Origin: Mantamonas sphyraenae STR306
Taxonomy: Eukaryota; Protista; CRuMs
DNA: 64,000 bases
Assembly (NCBI GenBank): GCA_026936335.1
Contig: JAPMXV010000060.1
Span: 124,001-188,000 of the forward strand
Direction: 5' to 3'
Part shown: positions 30,601 to 45,600 of the stretch, piece after piece
Position numbering within the stretch: the stretch's first letter is position 1
How the letters are laid out: each line of letters starts with the position of its first letter
The notes under the pieces: generated by a model
Database searches by the model: none
Seen by the model: only the letters and a program-made list of their open reading frames with translations
What the model was told of the DNA's origin: nothing
Position numbers and translations under genes: made by a program

Positions 30601-33600
30601 CACCGAAGAGCGCGACGACCTGTTGGAGCTTCTGGAGCAGGTGCTGACAGACGCAGCGAATATGGAGCAGAATAGCGCGAGTGAACTGTTCCAAGAGTAT
30701 GATAGCCACCTGACGGAGGCGCACAACGCGTTGCTGCGCTTCCAGGAGTTGGCAGAGCAGCTGGAGGCAGAGGTGAGCAGCATTCGACAAAAGCACAAAA
30801 AGTTGCTCAAGGTGCACAAGCGCACAAAGGAGGACCTGGCGGCCGAGGTAGAGCGCAACGAGATGGAGGCAGAGTGGTCACAGTCGCTGAACACGCAACT
30901 GGAAGAGGAAAAGGCTGAAGTTCACAAGCTTCGCAAACGTGTGAGTACGTTGACCGAGGCCAACCTGGAGATGGAGGCGCAGATGCGACGGGAACGCAAG
31001 GAGCGGGCGGCAGCTGCTGCACAGATGCCTGCTGGCCTTCGAGGAAGCTCGGCGGCGATGGAACGTGCTATGGAACGCATGCAGGGATCGAGTGGACTGC
31101 GCAGGTCTGCCAGCACATTGATGCTGGCCGACACGTCGACATGTGAGGATTGTCAACGCGCAGTGGAACTCACTGGGGTGAGCAGTCTGTGTGAACTGCA
31201 CGATCCCAGCGAGAGCGCAGTGCCCGATCTGCGCAATCTGTTGCGTGCCAACACGCAAGGATCGCAGGTAGTGAGCGAGTCGACTCGGGAAGTGGCGACA
31301 GAGGTATCCAGCAAACCGCACAGTGTTACGACCTTGTCCCGGTCTTTATCGCGCGTAGACGATGAAGTGGTGGTTGTTGTGCGCAAGAGGCGTCGACGCA
31401 CGCAGCGACACAAGCATGGTGCTGTGGAAGCGACGGTGGAACAGCTGCGACAGGCGCACAAACAGTTGCAGGAGGCAGCGGAGCGCGAACGGGCGCTGGA
31501 GGAGCAGGTGACGGCCATGGAGGAGAACCACGAGGAGCTTCAGAAAGAGATCACGTTTGTGCGGCACAGGGAGGCGCAGAACAAGGCCATGCAGGAAACC
31601 AAGGTGGCGTTTGTACATCAACAGCTGGTGCGTGCGCAGAGGGAACTGAAGGACGTGAACGTGCTGATGCAGCAACGTGATCGACAGTTGAAGCACGCAG
31701 CAGCCCTGGTGGATCGCGGAAACAACATGCAGACGAAAGTGGAGGACTACATCCAGCTGCAGCGGCTGCAGGACGAGAAGCTGGCGAGCGCGACGCAGCA
31801 GAACAGCATCAGTAGGGAACGCATCCGGGAGCTGGAACAGCTGCTGCAGCAGGAAAAGGCTCACACAGAGAAGCTGAACAGCGAGCTGGACCAGTTGGAG
31901 CGTCAACTGGATGAGCAGATGGAGGAGAAGCAGGACAACGACAAGGAGGCGCCAGAGAAAGTGGATGTGAGCGTGGTTGCCAAGCTGCAAAGCACCGTGG
32001 AAGAGCTGCAGCGCGAGCTGAAGCGTATTGGGGTGGACAAAGCGGAGCTGACAAAGAGCAACGAGAGCTTTGTGGAGGAGCTGAAGAGCGTTCGTGGCCA
32101 ACACAAGCTGGTGCTGGAAGAAATGGAAACGCAAAACAGGGGTCTGGAAGAGCAGCTGGCAGCTCTGCGTGCACACGTGTTGCAAGTGGAAACCGACCGG
32201 GATGAGGCGCGCAGCCAAAACGAGGCGGTCGAACGCAAGCTGAAGGAGGCCGAGGAGGCACACGTACGTGCTCTAAACGAGTCCCAAACCGACACCAAGG
32301 CGGCGTTGGCCAAGGCTGAAACGACAGAGACGCAACTGGCGGCTGCCCTGGAACAAATCGAAACCCTGAAGCAAGGGGGTAACGAGGTGGACAAGCGCCA
32401 CGAATCAGAGCTGGCCAGCAAAGACGCACAGATTGAAGAGCTGCACCAACGCCTGGGGTCGCTGCAAAAGAAACACAAGGATTTGAAGAGCGAGCTGCAA
32501 GAGGTTCAGCAAGCGTCGAAAGAAGCGGAACGTGTGGCACGGGAGAGCAAGGAGGAGAACGAGCGGCTGGCGTCGAGCATGGCCAAACAGCAATTGGAAC
32601 TTGCGTCTCAGAAGGAGACACACGAGCGGCTGAGTGCACGTGTCGAAGCAAGCAACAAGGAGGTGAACAAGCTGCAGGAGCAACTGGCAACCTCGCAGAC
32701 GGCGTTGGCCGATCTGCAAAAGAGGTATGCGGAAATGGAAGCTCAACACAGCGAGCAAGCACAGAAAGCACAGCTGTACAAACAGCTGCTGATGCACGGG
32801 TCGTTATCATCCAAGCCAGCAGAACCGCAGAAAGGGAGCGGGGACACCACCGAGCAGAAGGAACAGGCAGATGAGGCAGGTTTCGTGTGCGCCACATGCG
32901 TGCGCAACGAGACATTGACGGGCGAAACCATGCTGTGTCCTGTGCATTCGCTGGAAGATGGAGAGTCGAGGAATAAGGAGCTTGCAGTGAAGCAACGCAG
33001 CCGTCAGCAGATGATGGCTGTTGTCACTTTGGACGAACGAGAAATGGAGGACAGTGAAATGGTCAGCGGAGCACCTGCACGCGTGCTCGTATCGGAGGGT
33101 CCCAAGGAGGAGAAGCTGCGCAGCGGAGCATCGAGCGTGACGTCAATTGGGGCAAAACGTGATCATTTGGAGCGCAGTGCTTTGGAAAGCGAGGTCGTGG
33201 AGCTGCGCATGCGAGCAGAGGAAGCACAAATCGAGGCGGCAGGTGCGCAGGAGGAGATCTCCACTCTGAAACATGAGCTTCAGCAGGCCAAGATGGGCAA
33301 AGAGAATGGGGAGACGGCCAAACGAGTACAGGAGCTTGAGGGTGTGCTGGAAGACACGCAGATGAGGCTGCGACACGCCAAGGAGGGGATGCTGTTGGTG
33401 GAGGCTGAGGTGAAGGAGGCACAGAAGAAAGAGGCAAAGGCACATATGGAGGCTGTGGATGCACAGCGGCGCGTGGAGGAACTGAAGGCAGAGGTGAAGG
33501 TGCTTAGGGAGAAGAACGAAGCGTTGGATGAAGCGCAGACGAGAATGCAGCAGAGCGCGACACAGGGACAGGAGGAGCTGGAGCGCCAGGTTGTTGCGTT

Positions 33601-36600
33601 GAACAAGCAGCTGGAAGAGGCAGAGGCAAAAGCATCGCGAGCCGAGGCATTGGCCAGCGAACGCGAAACCGCACTGGCGGCTGTGCAGAAGCAACTGACG
33701 CAGGCCGAGAGCAACGTAGAGGCTGCGAACGGAGCATTGGCAGAGCAGGAAAAGGCGGCAACACAGGCAAGGGCAGAAGTGGTAGAGAGCAAGAAACACA
33801 TTGCGGAGTTGGAGGGTGAGGTGCAAGTGTTGACGAATCGGGACCGGGTGGCACAGCGACGTCTGCAGGCACACGAGCAGGAGATTACGGAGCTGCGAGG
33901 TCGCCTGGAGCGCGAACAAGCAGAACACGGAGTGTCGCAGGAGCGTGCAATGTCTGTGGAGGAGGAACTGGACCGTTTACAGTCCATGCTTGCGCGAGGC
34001 GGTGGACGGGAGCGAGCCAACTCGGACACAGACGAGGCACGCGTGATCAAGAGGTCTCGCTCGACGCGATCGAGCCTCTCGGAGCGGGGACCGGAAGAGA
34101 TTGCACTGCTGAAGGAACAGTTGGAGAAGCAGCAACTGGAGAACAAGAGTCTGAAACGGCGATGCGCCCAGCTGGAGAAACAGGCGGCAGTTGCAGATGA
34201 CACGTGCCAAGGGCTCATGGCCAAGGTGGAGACACTGCGTCAGGAGCTAAACGGCATGCGAGCAGCAGAGAAGCTGCAGTGGCAGCGATTGGAGCACATT
34301 GGCGAACTCGAGGTCGGAAACAACACTGGGAGCAGCATGGTTGCCAAATCGCCTCGCCGACGCAACAGCATGAATGTGGACCCTCCCGCATCGACATTGT
34401 CGCCGAAACGACGCGGCAGTGCGACGGACGCGACGCCGTTCGACACGTTGTTGGCCCGCGTGGCAACGCAACGCAGCTCTTTCACACAGGCATTGGACGT
34501 GTACAAGCAACGTGTGGCCGACGAGAAGCACAAGCTGGAGGAGGTTGAACAGGAAAAGGACACGCTGCGACGGGAGCTGCGCCATATGGAAGTGGAGCTG
34601 GCGAAAGCACGTCACGAAAACACCGAGAAACAGAGCGCACTGGAGGCACGAACGGAGGAACTGAAGAAAGCAAACAGCAAAGCACGTGAAGTGGAGCGAG
34701 AGGCACGCACTGCGCTGACGGAGGCGAAGGAGTTGCGCGAGCAAGCCGAATCCAAATCGAGCAAGCTGGACAGCAAGACTCGGCAGCTGAAGGAGGCACA
34801 GGAACAGGTGGACGACCTGCAGCAGCAGGTGGACAACATGGACATCGAGATGAGCAGGCTGCGAAAGAAGAAGGAACGCGTGGATCGCGAGGTAGAGCGG
34901 CTGAACGAGGAAATCCAGGGGTTGCAAGAGGAGAACGCGGATGTGCGCAAGGAGAACCGCAGCCTGACGGACGAGAAGCACAGCGAAAGTGCACGTGTGC
35001 GCGAGATGGAGCGAAAGCTGGTGGAGGAGGAGCAGCAATGGTCGCACGAGAAGGAGTTGCTGAAGCAGCGTCTGTCGCGCGCCGAGCAGAGCGCGGAAGG
35101 ATCTGCGGAGCAGCTGAAGCAGCTGAAGGAAGAGAAAAACAATCTGGCGGAAGAATTGAAGAAGTCATCGGAGCAGCATCGACGCAAGCTGGAAGCGGAG
35201 CAAGCAAAGGTGACGTCGCTGCAGCGTCAGGCTGAACGTGCGGAGCAGGCGGCCAAGGAGAAGACGGCACTGACGGAAGAGCTTTCGAGTGTGCGAGGGC
35301 GGCTGGCAAGGCTCAGCGAGGACAAGATGCTGCTAGAGTCGCAAGTGGGCACGCTGGAGAAGGAAGTGAAGGAGCTAAGGGAGCGTGGGACACGAGAGGA
35401 CATGGTGGCGTCGGCAAAGTGGGACAAGGTACGACAGGAACTGGAGGGACAACTAAAGGAGCGAGACGTGCGTGTGAACCAGTTGCGACACAAAGAAAGC
35501 GAGGCGAGCCTGCGAGCAGAGACGGCGGAACAAAAAGCAGACAGCTTGTCGACGCGTGTGCAGCGTTTGAACGCACAGGTGTTGCAACTGACGGAAGAGG
35601 TGGAGGAAGCGCAGAAAGAGGCACGCAAGAGTCGCACCAAGGCACAGCAGGCGGAGGCGGAGCTTGCAGATGCACACACGCTGATGAACATGGACCGGGA
35701 CAAGCAGCAATCGGCCATCCAACGCCTGACACTGGCAAACGAGCGACTGGAGCGCGAGTTGGAGCAAGTCCGTGCCAAGGCCGACGCAAAGGCCCACGAG
35801 GCTGATTCGGTTGCGGATGAACTGCAGCGGGCCAGGCAGCAGCAGCGCAAGCGCTCTCGCGAGCTCACAGACGAACGAGAAGCGCGAGAAAGCGAGCTGA
35901 TGAACCAGCTTGCAGACGCGGAGCGCGATGTGAAGCAAAAGACAGGCGCAATGCAGAGACTGGAGGCCAAACTGAGTGCGGCCAATGACTCACTGGCGGC
36001 ATTGAAGAAAGAGGTAAAGGAACGGCAGGCAGAAGTGCAGGCAGCGAAGGAAGATGCGCGAAAGGCAACGGAGGCTTTGCAGGAATCACAGGCGACTCTG
36101 GAAGCAAGAATGGCAAAGCTGAAAGCAGAGCTGGCCGAGGCAAAAGAAGGTCAAGAGTCGGTGGCCCAAAAGGCCCAAGCGGCCCAAGAGGGGGTGGCGC
36201 GTGCGCAGGTCGAGAGCAGACGCTGGCGCAAGGAGTACGAGCTTCTGCGAGGTGTGTTGTCGGGAGCCCTGACGATGGACCAAGTGACGAAAGGGTGTGG
36301 ACTGTGTGCACGTGCACGAAAGGCGCTGGGCGACGCAGATGCGCTGTGTGTGGATCACGACATGGAGTTCTTTGAGGTTGTCGAAGGAGCCGGGGAGGCG
36401 AAATTGCTTGAACCGGAGACAATCAACACGGGTCTCATTGTCATCGGAGACTCGCGGGGACAGCACTGTGACCGTGAGATCATGGTGGTGCCATACCAAC
36501 CGGACGTACCGCAACGATCGGGCTTGTTGCGAGAGGCGCTGCGTGCACACCACCGCGCACACTCAGGACCGCACACACCGCGCCACGAAGATGCGTCGAG

Positions 36601-39600
36601 CATGCGATCCAGCCCCGTGATGATGCGTAAGCGTTCTGCGTCGCAGCACTCTGTGCTGTCGGTGGCGTCTGTGTCTTCCATGCACGACGGAGAAACCTCG
36701 CCCCTGAGCGCCGAAGTGACTTGGGCGTTGGGAGGACCCGGTGGCTGGCACCGGGATGACTCTCCGCCTTCTGGATGGCGCTCGCCGACCACGGGATCGT
36801 CGAATGTCCTGCGGCGCCTGTCGACGGCGAGTTCGGCCTCGCTCGCGCACGCGTCGTCTTTGGAGGAGGTGTATGCTGCGACCGACACGCCCGTTCACCG
36901 TCCGGTACAGGATGCAGTTGTCGTGCGCGGAAGCACGACACAACACCCACGGACGATGTCGGAATCTCCATTGTCACGACTTGCAGCAGAGACAGCGCGT
37001 CGTGGGTCGTTGGTGACGCGCACACAGATGCAACACGCAGTGGAGTCGACGAGCAAGCAGTTTGGCATGCTTCAAGAGATGTTTGGCGAGTTGCAAGAAG
37101 AAAAACAGCGCATGGAGGAGCTGCACGAGGAAGAGCTGGAAATGCTGCGTGCACGGTTGCGTGTGAGCGAAGAGGCACGCCTGCAGTTGAGGTCGCAAAT
37201 TACCGCGATGCGCTGGCGATCGGGCGTATCGGAGAAACGCATGGGCGAGATGCGAGTGGAGCTACAGCGCCACCAGCGTGTGCGCATGGTGATCGAGAGC
37301 GCGCACATGCAGCAGGGCGAATCACACGTGGAAGAACTTGCAGAGACAGCAGATGTGCTGGGCACGCTGCTACAGGGCGCCTTGGAGAGTGCCACGGCAT
37401 TGGAGAGCCGGGTTGCAATCTTGGAACACGAGCTGCAGCAGCAGAAGGCAAGGGCCACGGTGCAAGCGGATGCCCTGCGAGACGCCAGGGCTCGCGCAGA
37501 TCATCTGGACGCCCGCATGCGCAATTCTACGAGCAATAGCAGCAGAGGCAGCGAAAGCGTACGCGCGAATACCGTGGACACACACACGGACAAAATGGTG
37601 AAGATGCTGAAGGAATTGCGCAAGGAGCGGGACCACTGGAAAGCAGGTTGCCAGCGTGAAACCAGGCGGTCCCACACACACCTGGGTGTGGCACGCTTGT
37701 TGAATGGCCAACTTGAAGAGCAAGCCATGGTGGCAACAAAGGCACACGCCGCACTGCAAGAACATTTGGTACGCTCAGCCGAAATGACGCAACTTTCGGA
37801 ACGCGAGCGCGTGCGATCTTTTCATGACAGCGAGGCCCTAGAGATACGTCTTCAGCGCGCAGAGGCACGCTGTGAGGAGCTCGAGGGGCGCGTGAAGAAG
37901 CTGAACAAGACAGGCGCCCGGCGCGAGGCAAATGTCGCCGAAGCGAACCGGCAAACTTTGCGCCTGGTGGCCGCGCTACGAGAAAGCCAAAAGGCACTGA
38001 AGAGCAGCGAAGAGGCAGTGACACAGGCACAGGCCGAGGCCAAAGGAGCTAGCCACGGCGCTGAGGTGTGGCAAGAGCGAGCCAGCGAGGCGTCAGCCGC
38101 ACTTGAGAAGGCAAAGTCGGATCATGCATCGGAAGTGGACATGCTGAAACAACAGCTGACGGAACTGGACACCCTGTTGGACGAGAGCAGGGTGGCACTG
38201 GAGGAGCATGTGGCCAACGAGCGACGCGCGGAGGCGGAACGCGCCGCGTGGGTGGAGGAAAAGGAAGCGCTTGAGGGCAGGCTGGCACACATGCGCAAGC
38301 AACAGGCCCAGGCACAGACACAATGGCAACAGGTGTCCCGCAATCAGGTTGCCGTGATGGAGAAGCTGCGTGAAGAAAGCACGCATGCTGCAGCCGCGGC
38401 AGAGACAGAACACGAGGGGCGGGTGCTGATGGAGCGCGAGCTGCGAGAAGCACTGAAGACACTTGAAACGCAGCTTGAGTCTGCAAAGGAACAGATACAA
38501 ACACGAGAGACAGCGCTGCAGGAATCTCAAGGGCTCAACGCAGAGTTGCAGGAGGAGCTGAAGGAGCGGGAGGCCAAGCTTGTGGAGCAGGAGAAGAACA
38601 GCAGCGAGTCGGCACGCGCTGTACAGCAGCTGCGGGAACGTGTGCGCGAGGAGCAGGAAAAGAGACAGGCACACGAAAGCACCGTGCAGCAGCTGCGCGT
38701 TGCGTTGCAGAGGCAGGTGGAGAGCAACCGTGCTGCGGAGAAGAATGCCAAGGAGAAGGACGACGCAGTGGCACGGGACATGGAGACACTGAGGCAGGCA
38801 ATGGGCCAGCTTGAACAGGCGCTCCGTGGAAGCGAAGAGGAAAAGGCACAGATGGAGGTGGGCCTGCGGGAGATGCAATGGGTGATCGAACAGGGCCAGT
38901 CAGAGCGCGCTGCGATGAATCACAGCTTCCAGGGATTGGAAGTGACGCGTGCGACCATGGAGCAAACGATGCAGGACTACGAGCGCAAGGTGGCAGAGCT
39001 GCAGGCCAAGGTGCACGTGTTGGAGGAAAAGAACACGGAGAGTGCGTTGGCGGCCAAGGAGGCCAAGATGCAGCTGACATTTGTGGAGAACCAGTTGGGC
39101 GAAGAACGGGCACGGTCCAAGGAGAAGGAGATGAAGATGCACGTGCTGAGCGAAAGCCACATGCGTTTGCAATCGGACAGCCAACGCGAACAAGAGCGAG
39201 TGGAAAGGCGCCTGGGAGAGCTGGAGCGGGAAGTGAAAGAGGCGGACAAGCGGGTCCAGTTGGCAGAGCGCACAGCAGACAAGAGCGAGGATCAGGTGGA
39301 GCGTGAGAAGGAGCGACTGCGCAAGAGCGAAGAGGAGCGCGAGGAGTTGCGACGAGCGCTGCGTGCACGCGAAGAGGAAGTGGAACGGCTGCAGGAGTCC
39401 AAGGCGGCACTGACGAGACAACGCGAAGAGATGGGAGCGGACCTGGGACAGATGGCAGACATGCACGCACAAGACCAAGCGGCTGTGCAGGAGCTTGGGC
39501 ACAACTTGCGTGCGGCAGAAGAAGAGCTGATGCGAAGGGACGAGATGGTACGTGCACTTGCGGAAGAGCTTGAGCACACGAAACGGCGACTGGCGCATGA

Positions 39601-42600
39601 GATGGATGAGGATGGAATGGACGGGAGCGGGCGGCCATCCAGTGTGCGCGACCTACCGGCAGTGCGTCGCATGCGCGAGAAACACGCCATGGAGCTGGAG
39701 GAGATGAAAGAGGCAATGAGCGAGCTGGAGTTGCGAGCCAAGGCCATGGCTAGCGAGAACGAGGCATTGACAAAGCAGGTTGCCAAACTTGAGGAGAAGG
39801 AGCAGCGTCAGGAAGCGGACATCAAGGCACTGGTGGAGCACAAGCACGCGTTGGATGTGCGTGTGCAGTTGGGCGAGGCAGAGCTGAAGGCGACGAAGGA
39901 GCGGTTGGAAGGCAAAATTGGGGAACTGGAGGGACAGGTGTCGGAATGGCGTGCACGCGCAGATGAGGCCGAAGCTCAGGCACAGGTCTTGGGAGAGCAA
40001 GCAGAGGCGAGCGAGGCAGCGCGGGCCGAAGCCGTGCGCACGCGGGACGCGGCTGAGCAGAGCATGAAGGAGCGCAAGGAACGCCGTGATGGGCTGGAAC
40101 GACGTGTGGAATCGTCGACAATGCGCATCCGTGCGCTGGAAAAGCGAAACGAGGCTCTGGAGACGGCGAACCGCACCCTTGCCCAGCAGCTGATGGAAAC
40201 TCGCCAGGAGCTGGCCCACTCGCAGGAAGAGCTGGCGGCGGAAAAGGCACGTGGCGAAAAGGCAGCCGCAGAGAACCACGACGTGGTGAAGAGTGCAATG
40301 GAAACGAAGCAATCCCTGGTGCGTGCCAAGGAGGAGCTGGAGAACGGTCTGAAGAGTGCGAACCGCGAGTTGCAGGAGACGCGCGAAGAACTGAAGCATG
40401 TGCACGGCATGCTGGAGCACAAGTCGGAATCCATGGAATCCCTGGAAGCCGAGGTGGCACAGATGCGCGACGAATGGGAGGCTCGCGAGGCAGCGATTGC
40501 CCAGGCCACCCAAGAGGCAAACAGTGCGCAGCGAGAAAATGCACGCATGCATGCGGCCCTGGAACGTGTGGAGACGCTGCGGGAGCAGAAGCGCGAGGTG
40601 GCATGGCTGCACGGTGCTCTGAGACAATGGAGGCGGGTGGGACGCACGAGCGAGCAGAGGGCGACACACGCACGCTTGCAGTTGCGCAAGGCAAAGAGGC
40701 GACAGCAAATGGTAGAAGTGGCGTGTGAGGCCAAGGTGCGCGACATGGAGGAGAAGGAACGGGCGTTTGCACGGGCAAAGGAGGAGAACGTGCGCATGGC
40801 GACGCAGTGGGCTGAGGCTCAACGGCAGTTGGACTGGCTGTTGCAACAGTTGGGAAGCATGTATTACGCATATTCAGGTTGGAACGGCGAACAGAGGGTG
40901 CATGGATGTGATGCGTGCGCATCGAGGGTGGAGCTGACGGGCGACACGAGCACACGATGCTGGCGACACAGTGACGCGGAAGAGGCGGTCGAACGTCACC
41001 GACCGGCACAGTTGGACGTGGAAGTGCACATGGAAGCGTACGTGAGTGGCGGGGTCAACTCGCACCGGGCAGACGGGATGAGTCGCAAGACGCGCGCGGC
41101 AAAGCGGCATGTGCTGGACGTGCTCAAAGAGAATGACATGAGGAGGGCACAACGAGGCGCGGGACCCGAACCACACGTGAGCATGGATGCGGCTGTGCGG
41201 CACCGGATGGCACAGGCGTACCTGGACAGCGTGAGCCAGGCGATGACGGAGAACGCGCGCCTGCAACGGCAGACGCAACACATGCCCCGGAACCTGGAAG
41301 GGGAACTGCAACGTGCTTGGCAGCTGGTTCGTCAGGTGCAGCGGGAACTGAATGCGGAGCGCAGCGAGATGGAAGAGATGGTGGAGGATGTGCGTGAGAG
41401 CGTGGCAGCAGGTGTGGCCGTGGCTGGGCGCGTAGCCAAGCTGGTGGACAAGACGATGTGCATTCCCGAAGCTGGCATTGTACCGGGCATGGCTGTGGAC
41501 AGCCGTGCATTCTCGGCCGTGTGTCGTCTGAGCGAGGAGCTGCAGCGCGTCAGCTCGGGTCTGCTGCGCACCAATGCCACGCTGAGAGAACAGGTGGCCA
41601 TGGAAGCACAGGCAAGAGTACATGTGGAGGAGCGTGCGGCGTTGTTGGAGAGACAGCGAGCCGAAGCGGCTGAGCGATGCGCTGTGCTGAGCAAGACCTT
41701 GTCTGAGACGCAGTCCAAGGCATGGGCCAAGCAACACGCTGTGGACTCACAGGTGTGGCAAACAAGCATGCGCGCCCACACACTGGGTCGCATGATGACG
41801 ATGGAACGCAACCAAGCGGTGGAAACGAGCAGCCACGCACGTGAGTTGGAAGCGCAGACACACGAGCTCACGCGACGCCACAGGACAATGGCGACGGCGA
41901 TGGAGACGACTCGCATGAACCTTGCGGAAGGGAGCATGCACATCGACACTCTGTCTGCGATCCGAAGCCGGCTGGAGCAGGAGGTTGAGACGCAGCACCG
42001 AGGCGCAATGGAGACCAGGCGACAGTTGTCTGAGATGGAACGACTCGCACGTCAGTCGGAAGTGGAGCTGGAGAACACACGCACGCGGCTGCACCTTGTG
42101 GAGGAGAACAACGAACGGCTGCGAGGACAGTTTGACGAGATGCACCGAACGCAAAAGCAGTTGGCGAGCAAACGGGAGGAGAGCGAACGCGCACGCAAGG
42201 CTGCAGAAGAGGATTGCGAACGACTCCGCCGGGAGCTGGAAACGCAGCGGGAGGAACGTGCACGCCTGGGCCAGGAACGACAGGCGGCGATGGAACGTGT
42301 GGCTCGGCTGGAGCACGACTTGGGGGTGACACGAGACAAGCAACACGAGTTGTTGGAACGTCTGCGTGAAGACGCCCAGGCGCAAACACAGCGTGTGAAC
42401 GAGCAGTGGGAACGTCGTGTGGAGCGCGAGTACGTGGGTCGACTTTCTGTGCTGGAGCAAGAGCGAGACGACGCCATGGCCGAGGTGCGCACGATGGCGC
42501 AACAATGCCAGCAGATGGACAGAGAGCTTGCGTTTGCTCAGCAGGAGGTTGAGGACGCGCGCAGCACAAGCATGCGTCTGCAAGATTCGCTAGGATCGTC

Positions 42601-45600
42601 ACGGCTGGGAGCTGAGCGAGCCCTGCGCATGCAGGAAGAAGCGAATCAAGTGCGCGAAAGCTACGAACGGGCACTGGGTACAAGTCAGCGCGAGACGCAA
42701 TCGGCAAAGAAGCAGCTGGATGCAGAACGGCGGGAGAAGGAACGACTGGAAGCACGTGCAAGGCGGCAAGAGGAGGAGGCGGACGGTGTGCGACGGCAGC
42801 TAGCAGAAGCGTTGAAGCGTGAGGCGTCGATGGTGCGCGAGCGACAGGAGGCGATGGACGAAGCGCGCAAATTGGCAGCCGAGATGCACAGGGTGCAGAT
42901 GGAAAACGGGCGTGTGAGTGCACGCGAAGGCGAGTGGAAGGAACAGGTGGAAACGCTGCGGCAGTTGAATGCAAAGCACGAGGAGGTTCGTGCAGAGCTG
43001 GAGGATCGTGTGCAACGACAGGCAGGTGAGATCAATCGTGCGCAGCGGGGACAGGGAGAAGCGGTCGAGGCTCTTGCACGTGCACAGGCACAGCTGAACA
43101 AGTGTGCCCAGGAACGCGACACACTCGCGGCAAAGGAGCCATTGTGGGAGCGAGAGCTGGCACGTGCACAGCAGCACGGGCGAGAGGTGGAGGCACGTGA
43201 GCGGGGACACGGCGAACGGGTGCGTGCTCTGGAGATGCAGCTGGAGGGCCAAATCGAGTCTCACCGGCGCTGGAGGGAGCGATGCGACACCCAATACGAC
43301 GAGATAAGCAAGCGAGTGCGTGAGCAGAACAAGTTGTTTGCGCATCAGCACGGGTTGGAGCGTCGCGTGGCTGAACTGGAGGGTGAGGCGCAGGTGATGG
43401 CGCAGCGGTTCAACAGCGTGGAGCAGGAGAAGCAGCAATGGATGGAAGAGGCACGTGGGCTGGCCAAAGAGAAGGATTCGCTGCACGTGTCCAAAGAGGC
43501 GATGGAGAAACGGGTGCGAGAGATGGAGAGTGGCTACGAGGCGGAACGACGCAGCCAGGCGTCATTGGTGGAGGATTTGCACGCCAAGGTGTCGTCTTTG
43601 ACACAGGCCAAGGCGAGTGCCGAGCGTGAGGCTACCGCACAGCAAATGGCCGCCATGCAGGCTCAGGCACAGGTGGAGGCACAGCGTGCAGTGTCCACAA
43701 AGTTGGAAAGTCAGTTGGTGGAGCAGACGCATGCGTTGACACAGGCGCAAGCGCAGTTGCAGGTGATGATTGAAGCCCAAGCAGCAACGCAAGCCGAGGC
43801 GGAGGCACGGGCACAGGCACAGGCACAGGCACAGGCGGAGGCGGAAGCACAGGCAAAGACTCGCACAAGCCAGTCGCCGATGTCGCTGCGTGGGTCGCCA
43901 ATGCGTTCGCGTTCACCGATGGTTGTGTCGCTGGATGGAAGCAGTGTCCGTGGCGAAGGGATGGGATCGCCGATGCGCGAACGGGTCCTGCGCCGCGGAG
44001 TGTCTGCGACCTCTTCGACGTCGACCGAGTCGTCAGATTCGATGGGATCGAACGAGAGCATGGACAGCGTGATCCACACACCGAGCCGTGGGAGCGTGAC
44101 AAAGCGTTCGCTCGAGTCGACGCATGCACACACGCAGCAGTTGGAAGCGATTGTGGGCGAACTGAACGCAACTGTGCAACGGCAAGAAGTGGAGCTGGAG
44201 CAGCAGCGGGTGGCGCAGGAGGAGCTTCTGGATGCACAAGAAAAGCTGATGGTGAGGGTGAGCCAGACACACAGTGAACGAGATGAGATGGCGCGCAAGC
44301 TGAAGGCAGCTCTGGAACGGGAAGGGCGACAACGCATCGCATTGCAGGAGGAGAACGGCACGTTGCAGGTGTCGATGAAGCGACTGCAACGGGAAATGGC
44401 CCAGATTCTGCGCAAACACGCAGAGCTGGAGGAAAGGCGGCAAGCAGATGCAGCGGCGGCACGACGTGCGGCTGTGATGGCGTGTCGGGAAGATATGATG
44501 CAACTGGAGGAGGAGGTGAGCACGGCGGAAAGCAAGTTGCAGATCATGGAAAGTGAAATGGCAAGCAACAGGCGTTGGGTGGACGAGATGAAACGAGAGA
44601 TGGAGGCTCGTGACCAGGTGACAATGGGTTTGGAGCGACGCATCGAGAGCGAGCGGCACGAACGGCAACGCATGGAGGAAGAGGCACTGGGCAAGGAGCT
44701 TGCACACGAGGAGCAGGCAGACATGGTGAAGCTGCTGGAAGAACAACTGCGCGAGACACGCAAGGAAGCAGCGGAGCTGCGAGGGCAGCTGAAGGGCACG
44801 GGTCACATTGCTGGTGATGAGGCCGGGCTGTACCGCACGGAAATCGAGCAGCTGCGGCTGTACGTGGAGTCGACGCGCGAGAACTACAAACGTATGATGG
44901 AAACGCACGAACAGACGTTGCGGGAGTTGCAGAAAGAGCGTGGAACGAACGAAAAACTGCGCGAACAGCTGCACGAGGCCCAAGCAATCGATTCGTCGAT
45001 GTTGCGTGAAAGCGTGCGACACGTAAACGCAAGCTGGGCGAGCGCAGGCGGGCTGGGCGATCATAGACAGAACACAACGCGCCACAGTATGCGTGTGGCA
45101 CACGCAGAGGTACGGACACCGTCACCGAGCAGCGTGGACGGAGCAGACTTGCGAGGCGAGCAGAGTGGAAGGCGCAGCCAGCTGCGCATGAGCATGCTGG
45201 GCGACAAGGATGTGCTGTTTGCAGAAGATTTGGGTGTGGACAGCAGCCGGGGAAGCGTGCTGGAGGCAAGCGAGGCCGAAGGGCAGGGCAACTTTGAGCA
45301 GTTGTTGGCCATGCACAGCGAGCAGCGCAAGGTGGCACACATGCAAAACGAGCGGCTGGTGGAACTCGAAGCACACGTGAGGCTTCTGGAGCAGCAGCTG
45401 GGCGACGCACGTGGTGCTATGTCGGACATGGAGGCGGCGGCCAAGCTGAAGGAGAACGAGCTTCGAGAAGCGACGCGCGCGTGCAAAGAGGCACACAAGG
45501 CGCAAGAAAAGGCTGTCAAGGAACAAAGTCGCATGCAGAGGGAGATGCAGCTGGTGCGCATGGAGAGTGAAGGGCGTGCAGAGGTAGTGGCGCAGCAGGA

